Source of the DNA: Bacillota bacterium
GTDB taxonomy: Bacteria > Bacillota > Limnochordia > Darwinibacteriales > JAAYFS01
Direction: 5' to 3'
Assembly (NCBI GenBank): GCA_012728115.1
Contig: JAAYFS010000002.1
Location: forward strand, 4,818 to 68,817
DNA: 64,000 nucleotides
Within the stretch, counting starts at the first letter, position 1; each line of letters starts with the position of its first letter. This document shows positions 10,901 through 18,612 of the stretch, piece by piece. Position numbers and translations under genes: made by a program. The notes beneath the pieces are model-generated. The model did no database searches. It worked only from the letters and a program-made list of their open reading frames with translations, and was not told the DNA's origin.

Positions 10901-11377
10901 CAAAATCACCGTACTTGTTTTTCGGAAGTTTCGGTTTTGGATACTCCGTCCTTTTTCTATGGAATGCGCCAAGGTGAGGAAATTCGTGTTGAAATAGAAA
11001 AGGGTAAAGTGCTAATTATCAAGCTGCTTTACGTTAGTGATCCGCAAGAAGATGGTACTAGAACGCTATATTTTGAATTAAACGGGCGACTGCGAGAAAT
11101 CACAGTTGTTGATAAATCGGTTGTTCCTACAATGCTCGCAAGAGAAAAAGCGGATCCTGCGAAACTCACAGATATCGGTGCTTCGATGCCAGGAACGGTG
11201 AGCAAAGTATTAGTTAAAGAAGGCGATCGTGTCAAACAAGGGGAGAATCTAATTCTAACTGAGGCGATGAAAATGGAAACCACGATCCAAGCACCACAAG
11301 CAGGAGTCGTTAAACGCATCTTAGTCAAACCTGGAGATGTAATTTTTGTAGGTGATCTTTTGCTTGAATTACAATAG
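7916..11377 (+). CDS. pyc: Pyruvate carboxylase (biotin carboxylase + carboxyltransferase + BCCP)
   Basis: It is 1153 aa. It has the biotin-carboxylase N-terminus 'ILVANRGEIAIRIFRA', a PYC central domain and the C-terminal biotinylation motif 'EAMKME'. Confidence 0.95.
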   Translation: MSLLKFKKILVANRGEIAIRIFRACSELQIRTVAIYAKQDELSLHRFKADEAYLVGEGKGPIEAYLDIEDIISIAKRNEVDAIHPGYGFLAENEKFARRCLEEGIAFIGPKAEHLRMFGDKLEARLQAAKAGIPVLPGTNKPVNKLEEIKDFATKYGYPIIIKAAAGGGGRGMRIVSKEEEVKEAFERACSEANASFGNPAVYLEYYLENPKHIEVQILGDYQGNIVHLFERDCSVQRRHQKLVEVAPSVAIDEELRTKLCDAAVRLMKQVNYVNAGTVEFLVSGKEFYFIEINPRIQVEHTITEMVTGIDIVQAQIKIAAGYRLDSPEIGICSQNQITRRGYAIQCRVTTEDPENDFAPDSGRILVYRTSGGFGTRLDGGNGFTGANIMPYYDSLLVKISVWALTYEQAVQKMIRNLRETRIRGVKTNIPFLENVIHHKSFRRGEYNTNFVNDTPELFEFKLVRDRGTKLLHYLGEVTINGYQGIERQVGKPDFAIPIIPKLCSKETSAARDITLSGTKQILEQEGSAGLIAWIKNQKNLLITDTTFRDAHQSLYATRFRTRDFVNIAESTSRLIPNLFSLEMWGGATFDVSMRFLKEDPWERLRLIRDRMPNILLQMLLRGANAVGYKSYPDNVINRFVKETARQGIDVFRIFDSLNWLEGMRFAIDSVLETGKIAEVAICYTGDIHDPQRKKYNLDYYINLAKEIEKTGAHILAIKDMAGLLKPFAAYDLISALKNEVDMPIHIHTHDLSGNGIAMYLEAFRAGADIVDVAISTMSGLTSQPSFNALVAALERQKGCPEFSLENLNLLSNYWEKVRSYYQAFDSGIKSTSTEVYFHEMPGGQYSNLQQQAKAIGLANRWDEIKRMYQTVNMMFGDIVKVTPSSKVVGDMALFMVQNDLTEEDIYHRGETLDFPDSVVQFFQGQMGKPYQGFPQKLQRIILKGKEPLTCRPGKMLEPIDFNQVKSYLEEKFACMMEEADILSYLMYPQIFEEFQNHRTCFSEVSVLDTPSFFYGMRQGEEIRVEIEKGKVLIIKLLYVSDPQEDGTRTLYFELNGRLREITVVDKSVVPTMLAREKADPAKLTDIGASMPGTVSKVLVKEGDRVKQGENLILTEAMKMETTIQAPQAGVVKRILVKPGDVIFVGDLLLELQ

Positions 11378-11424
11378 AGTTATAAAAGGTAGTTTAACTA
11401 AGGCAGGGGTTTCGAAGGAGCTAA

Positions 11425-11607
11425 TTGAAGTTTAAGAGTACTACTTTGTTTTTTTACAGAAAGGAGTGCTCTTGCATGCGTAATATCATTGCAATTTTAT
11501 GTGTGGTGCTTAGTTTTCTTCTTGGTTTTGCTCAAGGAAAATGGTTATTAGGATTGGTCATACTTGTCCCTGCCTTTTTCTTTATTTCAGATAATTTTAA
11601 GCCCTGA
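11425..11607 (+). CDS. Small hypothetical membrane peptide (low confidence)
   Basis: A 60-aa ORF with two hydrophobic segments. The internal Met at residue 18 would give a 43-aa TM peptide. I see no clear RBS. Confidence 0.25.
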   Translation: MKFKSTTLFFYRKECSCMRNIIAILCVVLSFLLGFAQGKWLLGLVILVPAFFFISDNFKP

Positions 11608-11626
11608 AATATGGGCTTATTTTTAT
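11599..11626. terminator. Bidirectional terminator hairpin (pyc/small ORF on + and murB on -)
   Basis: aagccc-tgaaatat-gggctt followed by atttttat. It overlaps the murB stop. Confidence 0.55.
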
Positions 11627-12558
11627 AATTCACCGATTATCCGAATCTCTGGTTCAAGTTCGATACCGAAATCTTTCTTAATTGTTTTTTGGATTAGTTG
11701 AATCAAATCTAAAACATCTTGAGCTGTTGCATCACCTGTGTTAACTATAAAGCCTGCATGTTTGGTTGATACTTGTGCCCCGCCAATTTGATATCCTTTA
11801 AGATTAGCTTTTTCAATTAAGGGACCTACGTAAGCGTTGGGCGGGCGCTTAAATGTACTCCCTGCGCTAGGCAATTCCAAAGGTTGCTTTGCTATTCTTT
11901 GGGCTTGAAGTTCTTTCATTTTGGCAAAAATACTTTCTCTGTCTCCAGGAGTTAAGCTGAGTGTTGCTTCAGCTATTATTACTTTTTCTTGTTGAGCGCG
12001 GCTTGAGCGGTAGCTATAATAGAATTCATTTCGATTCCATTCGCCGATTTTATCAGACGTTATCCACACAACATTCTCAACTAGTGGACCGATTTCGCCT
12101 CCGTAGGCGCCTGCGTTCATATAAATTGCTCCGCCAAGACTACCGGGAATCCCTACTGCGAACTCTAAGCCAGAAAGTGCATGACACGCTGCAAATTTGC
12201 TGATGCAACTAAGAAGACAGCCGCTTGTAGCGGTTAATTTTGAACCATTTATATTTGCACTAGCAAAGGAATCAGCGATTTGAATTACCAGCCCCCGGAT
12301 TCCTTTGTCAGTTACCAATAAGTTACTACCATAACCGATGGTTGTAACAGGGAGGTTGTTTTGCTCTGCGTATTGCAAAGCTTCTTGAATATCTTCTTTA
12401 CTTTTTACTTTTACGAAATAGTCCGCTGGACCACCGACCCCTAGTGAAGTCACATTCTTCATGGGAAAGTCACGCAAGATGTTCATAAAGGCACTCCTTT
12501 GTTCAAAGGTACAGCTAAAAAGGCGGGTTCCCGCCTTTTTCAATTCTTTAGTCTTCAA
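11623..12558 (-). CDS. murB: UDP-N-acetylenolpyruvoylglucosamine reductase
   Basis: The FAD-binding MurB N-terminus 'NVTSLGVGGPADYF...GYGSNLL' is present. The length matches MurB. The true start may be the internal Met at 12486. Confidence 0.9.
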   Translation of the reverse strand: MKTKELKKAGTRLFSCTFEQRSAFMNILRDFPMKNVTSLGVGGPADYFVKVKSKEDIQEALQYAEQNNLPVTTIGYGSNLLVTDKGIRGLVIQIADSFASANINGSKLTATSGCLLSCISKFAACHALSGLEFAVGIPGSLGGAIYMNAGAYGGEIGPLVENVVWITSDKIGEWNRNEFYYSYRSSRAQQEKVIIAEATLSLTPGDRESIFAKMKELQAQRIAKQPLELPSAGSTFKRPPNAYVGPLIEKANLKGYQIGGAQVSTKHAGFIVNTGDATAQDVLDLIQLIQKTIKKDFGIELEPEIRIIGEL

Positions 12559-12593
12559 TTTAGTTTATGCTTTTCCTTCTTTTATATGTTAAT

Positions 12594-13283
12594 TCATTGA
12601 TGTGGTCGGTTTTGATTAATGAAATTTGAAGGATGGAGCCAGTGTTGGAGTAGTTGGGAACGATTCCATGGTTGTCCATTTGTACGAGGCCATGCATTCG
12701 AGGCTAAATAAGTTTTTCTAATCTCAAAGTGAAGGTGTGCAGTAAATCTATTATTCGGGCCTCTTCCTACCGTGCCGATTTCTTGTCTTCGTTCTACTGT
12801 TTCACCAACTTGAACATACCGTTGATCAAGGTGTGCGTACTGAGACCAAACTTTACTACCATTTGCTAATTGATGTTCAATAGTAACTATGTTTCCTTGA
12901 GCAGTGTTCCAACCTGAGAAGACAACCACTCCATGTCCAATGCTATATACTGGTTCACCCCAGTCGCCATCGCCAGCACCAGGAATATTCCAATCCTCAC
13001 CTGGATGCCAAGAATTACTAGCATTGCTCCAAACAAGAAAGTCGTATCCAGTGATTGCCCAGCCTTCGCCATTTCGGCCACCTACGGGAAAATCAAACCC
13101 ATCGGCAATCGGGACGGCAGGGTCAATACTGTCCGAAGGCTCGTCCGATGGTTCTATACTATCTTCTACATAGTCTTTCTCTCCTGGATCAAAGATATCA
13201 GGACCTTTACCAGCAAGAAAACTGCAACCGCTTACGAATAATATAAGTACAAGGATTAAGGATAATCTACCAAATTTAATCAT
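12594..13283 (-). CDS. M23 family metallopeptidase lipoprotein
   Basis: A signal peptide with lipobox 'FVSGC', an Asp/Glu/Ser-rich linker and M23 motifs (HPGEDW...HLHFE). The start is taken at 'MIKFGRL' inside the longer ORF. Confidence 0.8.
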   Translation of the reverse strand: MIKFGRLSLILVLILFVSGCSFLAGKGPDIFDPGEKDYVEDSIEPSDEPSDSIDPAVPIADGFDFPVGGRNGEGWAITGYDFLVWSNASNSWHPGEDWNIPGAGDGDWGEPVYSIGHGVVVFSGWNTAQGNIVTIEHQLANGSKVWSQYAHLDQRYVQVGETVERRQEIGTVGRGPNNRFTAHLHFEIRKTYLASNAWPRTNGQPWNRSQLLQHWLHPSNFINQNRPHQ

Positions 13284-13433
13284 AGTTGCCTCCTTTGTTA
13301 AAAAATTGTTGCAACTAAAACGTAACATAGCTGGGGTTTTGAGTCAATAATGGTAATTGTTTGTAGTATTTTAGAGGAATGAGGTAAAAGGCGGAGAAAC
13401 TGTAGTAATATGATTGAAATAAGGAGTTTTCCT

Positions 13434-14249
13434 ATGAGAAAGGGTATCATTGTAAATGTAATTCTTGGTTTTCTCTTATTTTCCCTAACTGGTTCTGTTT
13501 GGGCTTCCGACACTGGAACAAAAATTTCGCTTGACGAAGGTAATCTCTTTCGTCATCGTTTTCAAATTGTTCCTAACCACGAGTATGCGATAAGCGTTAA
13601 TGTCCGAACTGATCTACGGGATGTAGAGGTAGCGGTTTCAGTGAATCTGTGCGATGAGAATGATCAAGTAGTAGATTTTCTAGAAGTGTACCGTGGCTTG
13701 GGCCATGAAGGAGATTGGATCCCAATTAGGCTGGAATTTCAGACTACTAGTGAGGTAACCAGTGCGGAAATCGTTTTAGCTGCGAGTAAAGAAGGGGAAT
13801 ACTGGCTAAGAGAACTGAAAATCGTAACAATCGATAATTCCGAGCATACTTTAAAAGAAATTTGGGAAGAAAAGTTTACTATCTATGGTACAGTATACAC
13901 TGGACTAATAATCGATGCTCGCGGTCTAGATATTAGAAGAGGAATGAGCCCGAGGATTCTATCAGAATCTGGACAATTGCTCTATGGTGGGGTATCCGCA
14001 TCGATGGATTATATTCAAGAAGTCGGTATTGTAGCCTATGGTACTGAAATCACACCGAAACTATTAGAGCGGATTCAAGTTGATCCTTCTTATCCATTAG
14101 CGATTCCTTTGATAGTTAGACCGCTTGGACCAGCTGATCCTACCAAATCAAGTGTGGTAATTAGTGATGAAGATGCTCAAAAGATAATTGAGTCATTGGT
14201 AGCATACGATTACTTCGCTAGTTACAAAGTAATTTTTATAGTGGAATGA
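13434..14249 (+). CDS. Secreted hypothetical protein with an N-terminal beta-sandwich/CBM-like domain and an uncharacterised C-terminal domain
   Basis: The RBS is 'aaataaggag' and the start is at 'MRKGIIVNVILGFLLFSLTGSVWA' (signal peptide). The 'EYWLRELKIV' pattern resembles CBM/galactose-binding folds. I recognise no family for the C-terminal part. Confidence 0.5.
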   Translation: MRKGIIVNVILGFLLFSLTGSVWASDTGTKISLDEGNLFRHRFQIVPNHEYAISVNVRTDLRDVEVAVSVNLCDENDQVVDFLEVYRGLGHEGDWIPIRLEFQTTSEVTSAEIVLAASKEGEYWLRELKIVTIDNSEHTLKEIWEEKFTIYGTVYTGLIIDARGLDIRRGMSPRILSESGQLLYGGVSASMDYIQEVGIVAYGTEITPKLLERIQVDPSYPLAIPLIVRPLGPADPTKSSVVISDEDAQKIIESLVAYDYFASYKVIFIVE

Positions 14250-14301
14250 ATTGTTAATAGGGTATTTTAAATTTATGGCGAAATATACATGAGGAATCAA
14301 C

Positions 14302-14356
14302 TAGCTTAGCCTAGATGAGTAGAGAAAAAGAATAGTAGAGGAGAGATAAGATGAGC
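14302..14356 (+). promoter_or_regulatory. (G/U)AG triplet-repeat array (TRAP-binding-site-like) overlapping the trpB SD and start codon
   Basis: UAGcuUAGccUAGauGAGuaGAG is five triplets with exact 2-nt spacers. After an 8-nt gap comes UAGuaGAGgaGAG, and then a GAG overlapping the AUG. The SD 'gaggagag' lies inside the array. Confidence 0.5.
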
Positions 14357-15535
14357 ATTTCATTGAAAACAGGATTTTTTGGTGATTTTGGGGGTCAGTT
14401 TGTCCCAGACGAATTAAAGGAAGTACTAAACCATCTTGCCGAACAATACTACGCAATCAAAGATGAACCAGATTTCCAGGAAGAGCTTAGCTATTATTTT
14501 AGGGAATATGTAGGCAGACCGAGCCCTCTTTACTATGCCGAAAATCTAAGCAAGAAATTAGGTGGAGCGCAAATATACATCAAGCGTGAAGACCTAAATC
14601 ATACTGGCTCCCATAAGATCAATAACGTTCTTGGTCAAGCTCTATTAGCCAAGAGAATGGGAGTAAAACGGATTATTGCTGAAACTGGAGCGGGACAACA
14701 TGGAGTTGCAACCGCAACTGCTTGTGCTTTGTTTGATATGGATTGTGTGGTTTACATGGGTGAGGAAGATACCAAGCGCCAAGCACTTAATGTTTTTAGA
14801 ATGGAGCTCTTAGGTGCCAAAGTTGTTCCGGTTACTCGAGGAACAAGAACATTGAAGGATGCAGTAGATGTAGCGCTTGAAGATTTAATCGCAAATTACA
14901 AAACTACCTACTACATGCTTGGTTCAGCTGTTGGTCCTTATCCATACCCTGATATAGTCCGTGATTTTCAATCGGTAATAGGTAAGGAAGCAAAAGCCCA
15001 ATTACAAGAAAAAATCGGACGTCTTCCAGATTATCTAATCGCTTGCGTTGGGGGCGGAAGTAACGCGATCGGACTATTCGCTGATTTCTATGAAGACAAG
15101 GCGGTCCAAATGATCGGCGTTGAACCAGGAGGAAAGGGAGTAAAAGTTGGTGAGCACGCAGCACCAATTAACCATGGTGCTCCTGCAATTATCCATGGAT
15201 TTAGATGTTATACCATTTTAGACGAAAAAGGCGAGCCAGCACCCACAAGCTCTATCGCTGCGGGTCTTGATTATCCTGGTGTTGGGCCTGAACACAGTTT
15301 TTATCATGCATCAGGACGAGCTAAATATGTTACTGTAAATGACAAAGAAGCATTGGAAGCATTCCAAACACTTTCTCGTGTTGAAGGAATTATTCCAGCT
15401 CTTGAGAGTGCGCATGCAGTTGCCTATGCGCTCAAGCTTGCGCCTACATTACCTGAAGATAAAGTAATTATCGTTAATCTCTCTGGTAGAGGCGATAAAG
15501 ACGCTGACCAGGTTTTTCAAATGCTAAAAGAGTAA
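14351..15535 (+). CDS. trpB: Tryptophan synthase beta chain (TrpB1-type), not adjacent to trpA
   Basis: It has the PLP-lysine context 'HTGSHKINN', the 'GGGSNAIG' motif and the N-terminus '[10 protein letters not shown]'. At 394 aa it is a canonical TrpB1. No trpA or other trp genes flank it. Confidence 0.9.
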   Translation: MSISLKTGFFGDFGGQFVPDELKEVLNHLAEQYYAIKDEPDFQEELSYYFREYVGRPSPLYYAENLSKKLGGAQIYIKREDLNHTGSHKINNVLGQALLAKRMGVKRIIAETGAGQHGVATATACALFDMDCVVYMGEEDTKRQALNVFRMELLGAKVVPVTRGTRTLKDAVDVALEDLIANYKTTYYMLGSAVGPYPYPDIVRDFQSVIGKEAKAQLQEKIGRLPDYLIACVGGGSNAIGLFADFYEDKAVQMIGVEPGGKGVKVGEHAAPINHGAPAIIHGFRCYTILDEKGEPAPTSSIAAGLDYPGVGPEHSFYHASGRAKYVTVNDKEALEAFQTLSRVEGIIPALESAHAVAYALKLAPTLPEDKVIIVNLSGRGDKDADQVFQMLKE

Positions 15536-15552
15536 TATCCTAACGAGGCAAG

Positions 15553-15576
15553 GAAAGAATAACAATATATTCTTTC
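15553..15576. promoter_or_regulatory. 24-bp palindrome (8-bp arms, 8-bp spacer) directly upstream of the RBS of the small Cys-rich ORF
   Basis: gaaagaat-aacaatat-attctttc has perfect arms and no downstream U-tract. It lies between the trpB stop and 'aaggagg'. Confidence 0.4.
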
Positions 15577-15591
15577 TAAGGAGGAACCTCC

Positions 15592-15768
15592 ATGCCTAGT
15601 AAAGAACAATTGGAAGCCGTAGGACAGACTTGCTCAGAATATGTTGCCGTCAGCACGGATGAAAATTTAACACGAAGTTGTGAAACGTGTCAAAGGTGGG
15701 GCGGCGAAGAAGTGATGTGTCAATTAGATATCTTTCTTGAACAACTTGTCAATTTAGATCAAACTTAA
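15592..15768 (+). CDS. Small Cys-rich hypothetical protein (58 aa, 4 Cys), absent from the ORF track because it is under 60 aa
   Basis: It has a perfect RBS 'aaggagg' 7 nt before the ATG. The ORF is MPSKEQLEAVGQTCSEYVAVSTDENLTRSCETCQRWGGEEVMCQLDIFLEQLVNLDQT, with a CxxC-containing 4-Cys pattern. Confidence 0.55.
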   Translation: MPSKEQLEAVGQTCSEYVAVSTDENLTRSCETCQRWGGEEVMCQLDIFLEQLVNLDQT

Positions 15769-15823
15769 AGAAGCAGCGGTTCCAGTTAGGAATCGCTGTT
15801 CTTTCCAAAAGGAGGTTTGGAGG

Positions 15824-16252
15824 ATGCGCCAGAAGGGTCAAGTTATCAAGGTTGAAGGTGGGCGAATCTGGGTAAAAACGGAAAATGGTCATGCCTGTAG
15901 TAATTGCTCTGGTTGTATCAGCATTACGGGTGAGAAAAAACCCGATGCCCACGTTATAGACGTAGAAAATACAATAAACGCAGATATTGGTGATTGGGTG
16001 GTTATCGAAACCTCTTCTCAAGATGTGGCTAAGGTAATGATAACTTTGTATGGAATACCTCTTATAGGATTGCTGCTAGGGTATTTTATTTCATTCTTAG
16101 TTTTAGAAGACGATGCTGTTGCTGGCTTAGGTGCCTTGGCAGGATTGCTGATTTCCATTTTTATTGCCAGAATCTCGGTACGAAGGCTGGAAACCAAGGT
16201 GAAAAAACCACAAGTAGTATCGTTAGTTAGTTCATCAACTCCTGTTCATTAA
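15824..16252 (+). CDS. RseC/MucC-family (SoxR-reducing-system-like) membrane protein
   Basis: The N-terminus 'GQVIKVEGGRIWVKTENGHACSNCSGCIS' (Cys cluster) is followed by two TM helices, the typical PF04246 architecture. The RBS is 'aaaggagg'. Confidence 0.65.
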   Translation: MRQKGQVIKVEGGRIWVKTENGHACSNCSGCISITGEKKPDAHVIDVENTINADIGDWVVIETSSQDVAKVMITLYGIPLIGLLLGYFISFLVLEDDAVAGLGALAGLLISIFIARISVRRLETKVKKPQVVSLVSSSTPVH

Positions 16253-17414
16253 CAAAAAAATAGCAGATAAAAGTAGCGATTAAGGCAAGGGTACCAGTGC
16301 ATATTAATACCATGTTTTCATTTGTAGCAACTAGTAAAGCACCTACCGTGACTGGTCCGATTGCCGAACCTAATGCTCTGATTGAACCATAGGTCGCGGT
16401 GATTACACCGCGCTCTTTTATATCTACAGAACTAGTAATTAGTGTGTTCATAGAGGGAAGTACTAAGCCAAACCCGATTCCGATTAAACCTACGGTTACG
16501 TATAATAAAAAAGAATCTGGGAGTACTATGGTAGCTAGTAAAGTTAAAGAGATTAATCCCAAACCATAGTAAGTGCGTTTTGCCAAACCACATGTCAGAT
16601 AACGACTAGCAATAAATGATGTTAATGCCAGAGTAAAAACTGGCACCGAAAGAAGTAATCCTTTTGTGATGCCTTGAATTTGGAAGCGCTCACTCATTAT
16701 TTCTGAGAGAAAGAATAGGGTTCCAAACCAGATCATCACCGCGATAAGTATGCAGCTAAAAGAAGCTAGATATAAAAGGAATTTTTTCCTTAAAAGCTCA
16801 TAAAGTTCTTGAAAGTACTGCCTAAGTGTGCAGTACTTTTGTGCTTTGTTCTCCCCTTTACGCAAAATAAACAAAAGAATCGCTATGGGTAGTGAAAGAA
16901 TTGGATAGATAAAGAACGGTGCATACCAAAATAACAAAGCGGCCGCAGAGCCTAAAACAGGACTTATTAGTTTCCCGATCGAATTTGAAGACTCTAGGGC
17001 TCCGATCACTTTAGTTCGGTGCTGTGGGTCTTGGAAAAGATCCCCTGCTAATGAGATAGCGAGTAGGGATGTTCCAGTTGCACCAATTCCCTGGATGCCT
17101 CTAGCAATCAGAAGGAGGATGTAGGAATTGATCGCACCAGCTAATCCAGCGACTAAACCACCAAGACCGTAGAGCAGGATAGCGGGAATCATAATGGTGA
17201 TTCTTCCATAACGATCAGACAAAAATCCAGCAAGTGGTAAAAGGATGGCGGTTGGTGTTGAGAGAGCAGAGATAATTAACCCTGCTTGCACCTTGCTTAT
17301 ACCTAATTCTTGCTGAATTCTTGGTAGGATAGGAATAATCATCGAGTTACTTAAAGACCAAATAAATGGCACTAAGAGTAGCGCCCAAGCAAGGAAATGG
17401 CTTTGCTTTTTCAT
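16227..17414 (-). CDS. MFS transporter (12 TM)
   Basis: A 395-aa multi-TM protein with MFS-like motifs ('GFLSDRYGR'). It overlaps the RseC 3' end convergently. Confidence 0.8.
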   Translation of the reverse strand: MKKQSHFLAWALLLVPFIWSLSNSMIIPILPRIQQELGISKVQAGLIISALSTPTAILLPLAGFLSDRYGRITIMIPAILLYGLGGLVAGLAGAINSYILLLIARGIQGIGATGTSLLAISLAGDLFQDPQHRTKVIGALESSNSIGKLISPVLGSAAALLFWYAPFFIYPILSLPIAILLFILRKGENKAQKYCTLRQYFQELYELLRKKFLLYLASFSCILIAVMIWFGTLFFLSEIMSERFQIQGITKGLLLSVPVFTLALTSFIASRYLTCGLAKRTYYGLGLISLTLLATIVLPDSFLLYVTVGLIGIGFGLVLPSMNTLITSSVDIKERGVITATYGSIRALGSAIGPVTVGALLVATNENMVLICTGTLALIATFICYFFVNEQELMN

Positions 17415-17463
17415 AAAACTAGAAACATCCTTTCAATCGAAAGTGATGTTTCTAGTATGGTCA

Positions 17464-18594
17464 TTATTCTTCCTGGTATCCATTACCTTTAAGGGCAAGT
17501 TTCAAAAGATCGATTCGTGACAGCACTCGTTGAAAAAGATAATCTACTAACGTAATCGCTGTCATCGCTTCCACTACTACAACAGCTCGTGGGACAATGA
17601 TCGGATCATGCCTACCCTTAACAATTAGTTCGATATTTTCCCCTGCCTTAGAAACGGACTGTTGTGGCATCGCAATGGAGGGAGTAGGTTTAAAACTTGC
17701 TCTTATTTTAATTGGAAAACCTTCGCTGATTCCCCCTACGATTCCACCCGAATTATTGGTTAGCTTTCTTAAGCATAAAGCACTTCTATCATCCTGATAC
17801 TGTAACGGATCATTGTGTTCGCTTCCAGTGAATTTGCTACAATTGATTCCGCTACCGATTTCAACAGCTTTTACTGCTCCGACCGAGAAAATCGCCTGGG
17901 CTAGCTTTGCATCAAGCTTCTCGAATACTGGTTCTCCGACTCCTGCGGGCAACCTTTGGACAATACACTCAACGACTCCGCCGACGGAATCCCCATTCTT
18001 CGTCATTTCTTCCAAATATGCTTTGGCCTTTGCCGAAATTTCAGGATCAGGCATCATTAACTCATCATAGCTTAAATTCTGGCGATCGAAAATACTATTC
18101 CTTAGTTGATACTCACCGATCGCAAAGGTATAAGCAAAAACATCTATCCCAAATTCCGCCAGAACTTTTTTAGCGATTGCTCCAGCGGCTACACGTGCGG
18201 CTGTTTCTCTTCCTGATGAACGTCCTCCGCCACGATAGTCCCGAAAACCATATTTTTGGTCATAGACGTAATCTGCATGCCCTGGTCGATACAGGTCACT
18301 AAGTTGAGAATAATCACTAGAACGTTGATCGGCATTCGGGATTAACAGCGAAATCGGTGTTCCCGTCGTTTTTCCTTCAAAAACCCCAGATAGGATCTGA
18401 ACTCGATCACTTTCTTTGCGCGGAGTGGAATAACGAGAATTACCAGGTTTTCGTCGATCTAAATCTTTTTGAATATCGTTTTCTGAAAGCTTTATTCCTG
18501 CGGGGCACCCATCAACAACCGCTCCGAGCGCTTTGCCATGAGATTCACCCCAGGTTGTTATCACAAAATTCTTTCCGAAGCTAGAACCAGACAT
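17464..18594 (-). CDS. aroC: Chorismate synthase
   Basis: The N-terminus 'TTWGESHGKALGAVVDGCPAG' and an internal 'RSSGRETAARV' are canonical AroC. Confidence 0.92.
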   Translation of the reverse strand: MSGSSFGKNFVITTWGESHGKALGAVVDGCPAGIKLSENDIQKDLDRRKPGNSRYSTPRKESDRVQILSGVFEGKTTGTPISLLIPNADQRSSDYSQLSDLYRPGHADYVYDQKYGFRDYRGGGRSSGRETAARVAAGAIAKKVLAEFGIDVFAYTFAIGEYQLRNSIFDRQNLSYDELMMPDPEISAKAKAYLEEMTKNGDSVGGVVECIVQRLPAGVGEPVFEKLDAKLAQAIFSVGAVKAVEIGSGINCSKFTGSEHNDPLQYQDDRSALCLRKLTNNSGGIVGGISEGFPIKIRASFKPTPSIAMPQQSVSKAGENIELIVKGRHDPIIVPRAVVVVEAMTAITLVDYLFQRVLSRIDLLKLALKGNGYQEE

Positions 18595-18612
18595 TTCTTC
18601 CTCCTTAAATCG

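Noticed and set aside
8173-11328. Several 60-100-aa antisense ORFs inside pyc (and similar ones inside clpC, rpoB, nptA, trpB, pepF, PBP)
   Set aside because: Each is embedded antisense or out-of-frame in a long, well-supported conserved gene. They lack RBSs and have low-complexity composition, which is typical of six-frame noise.
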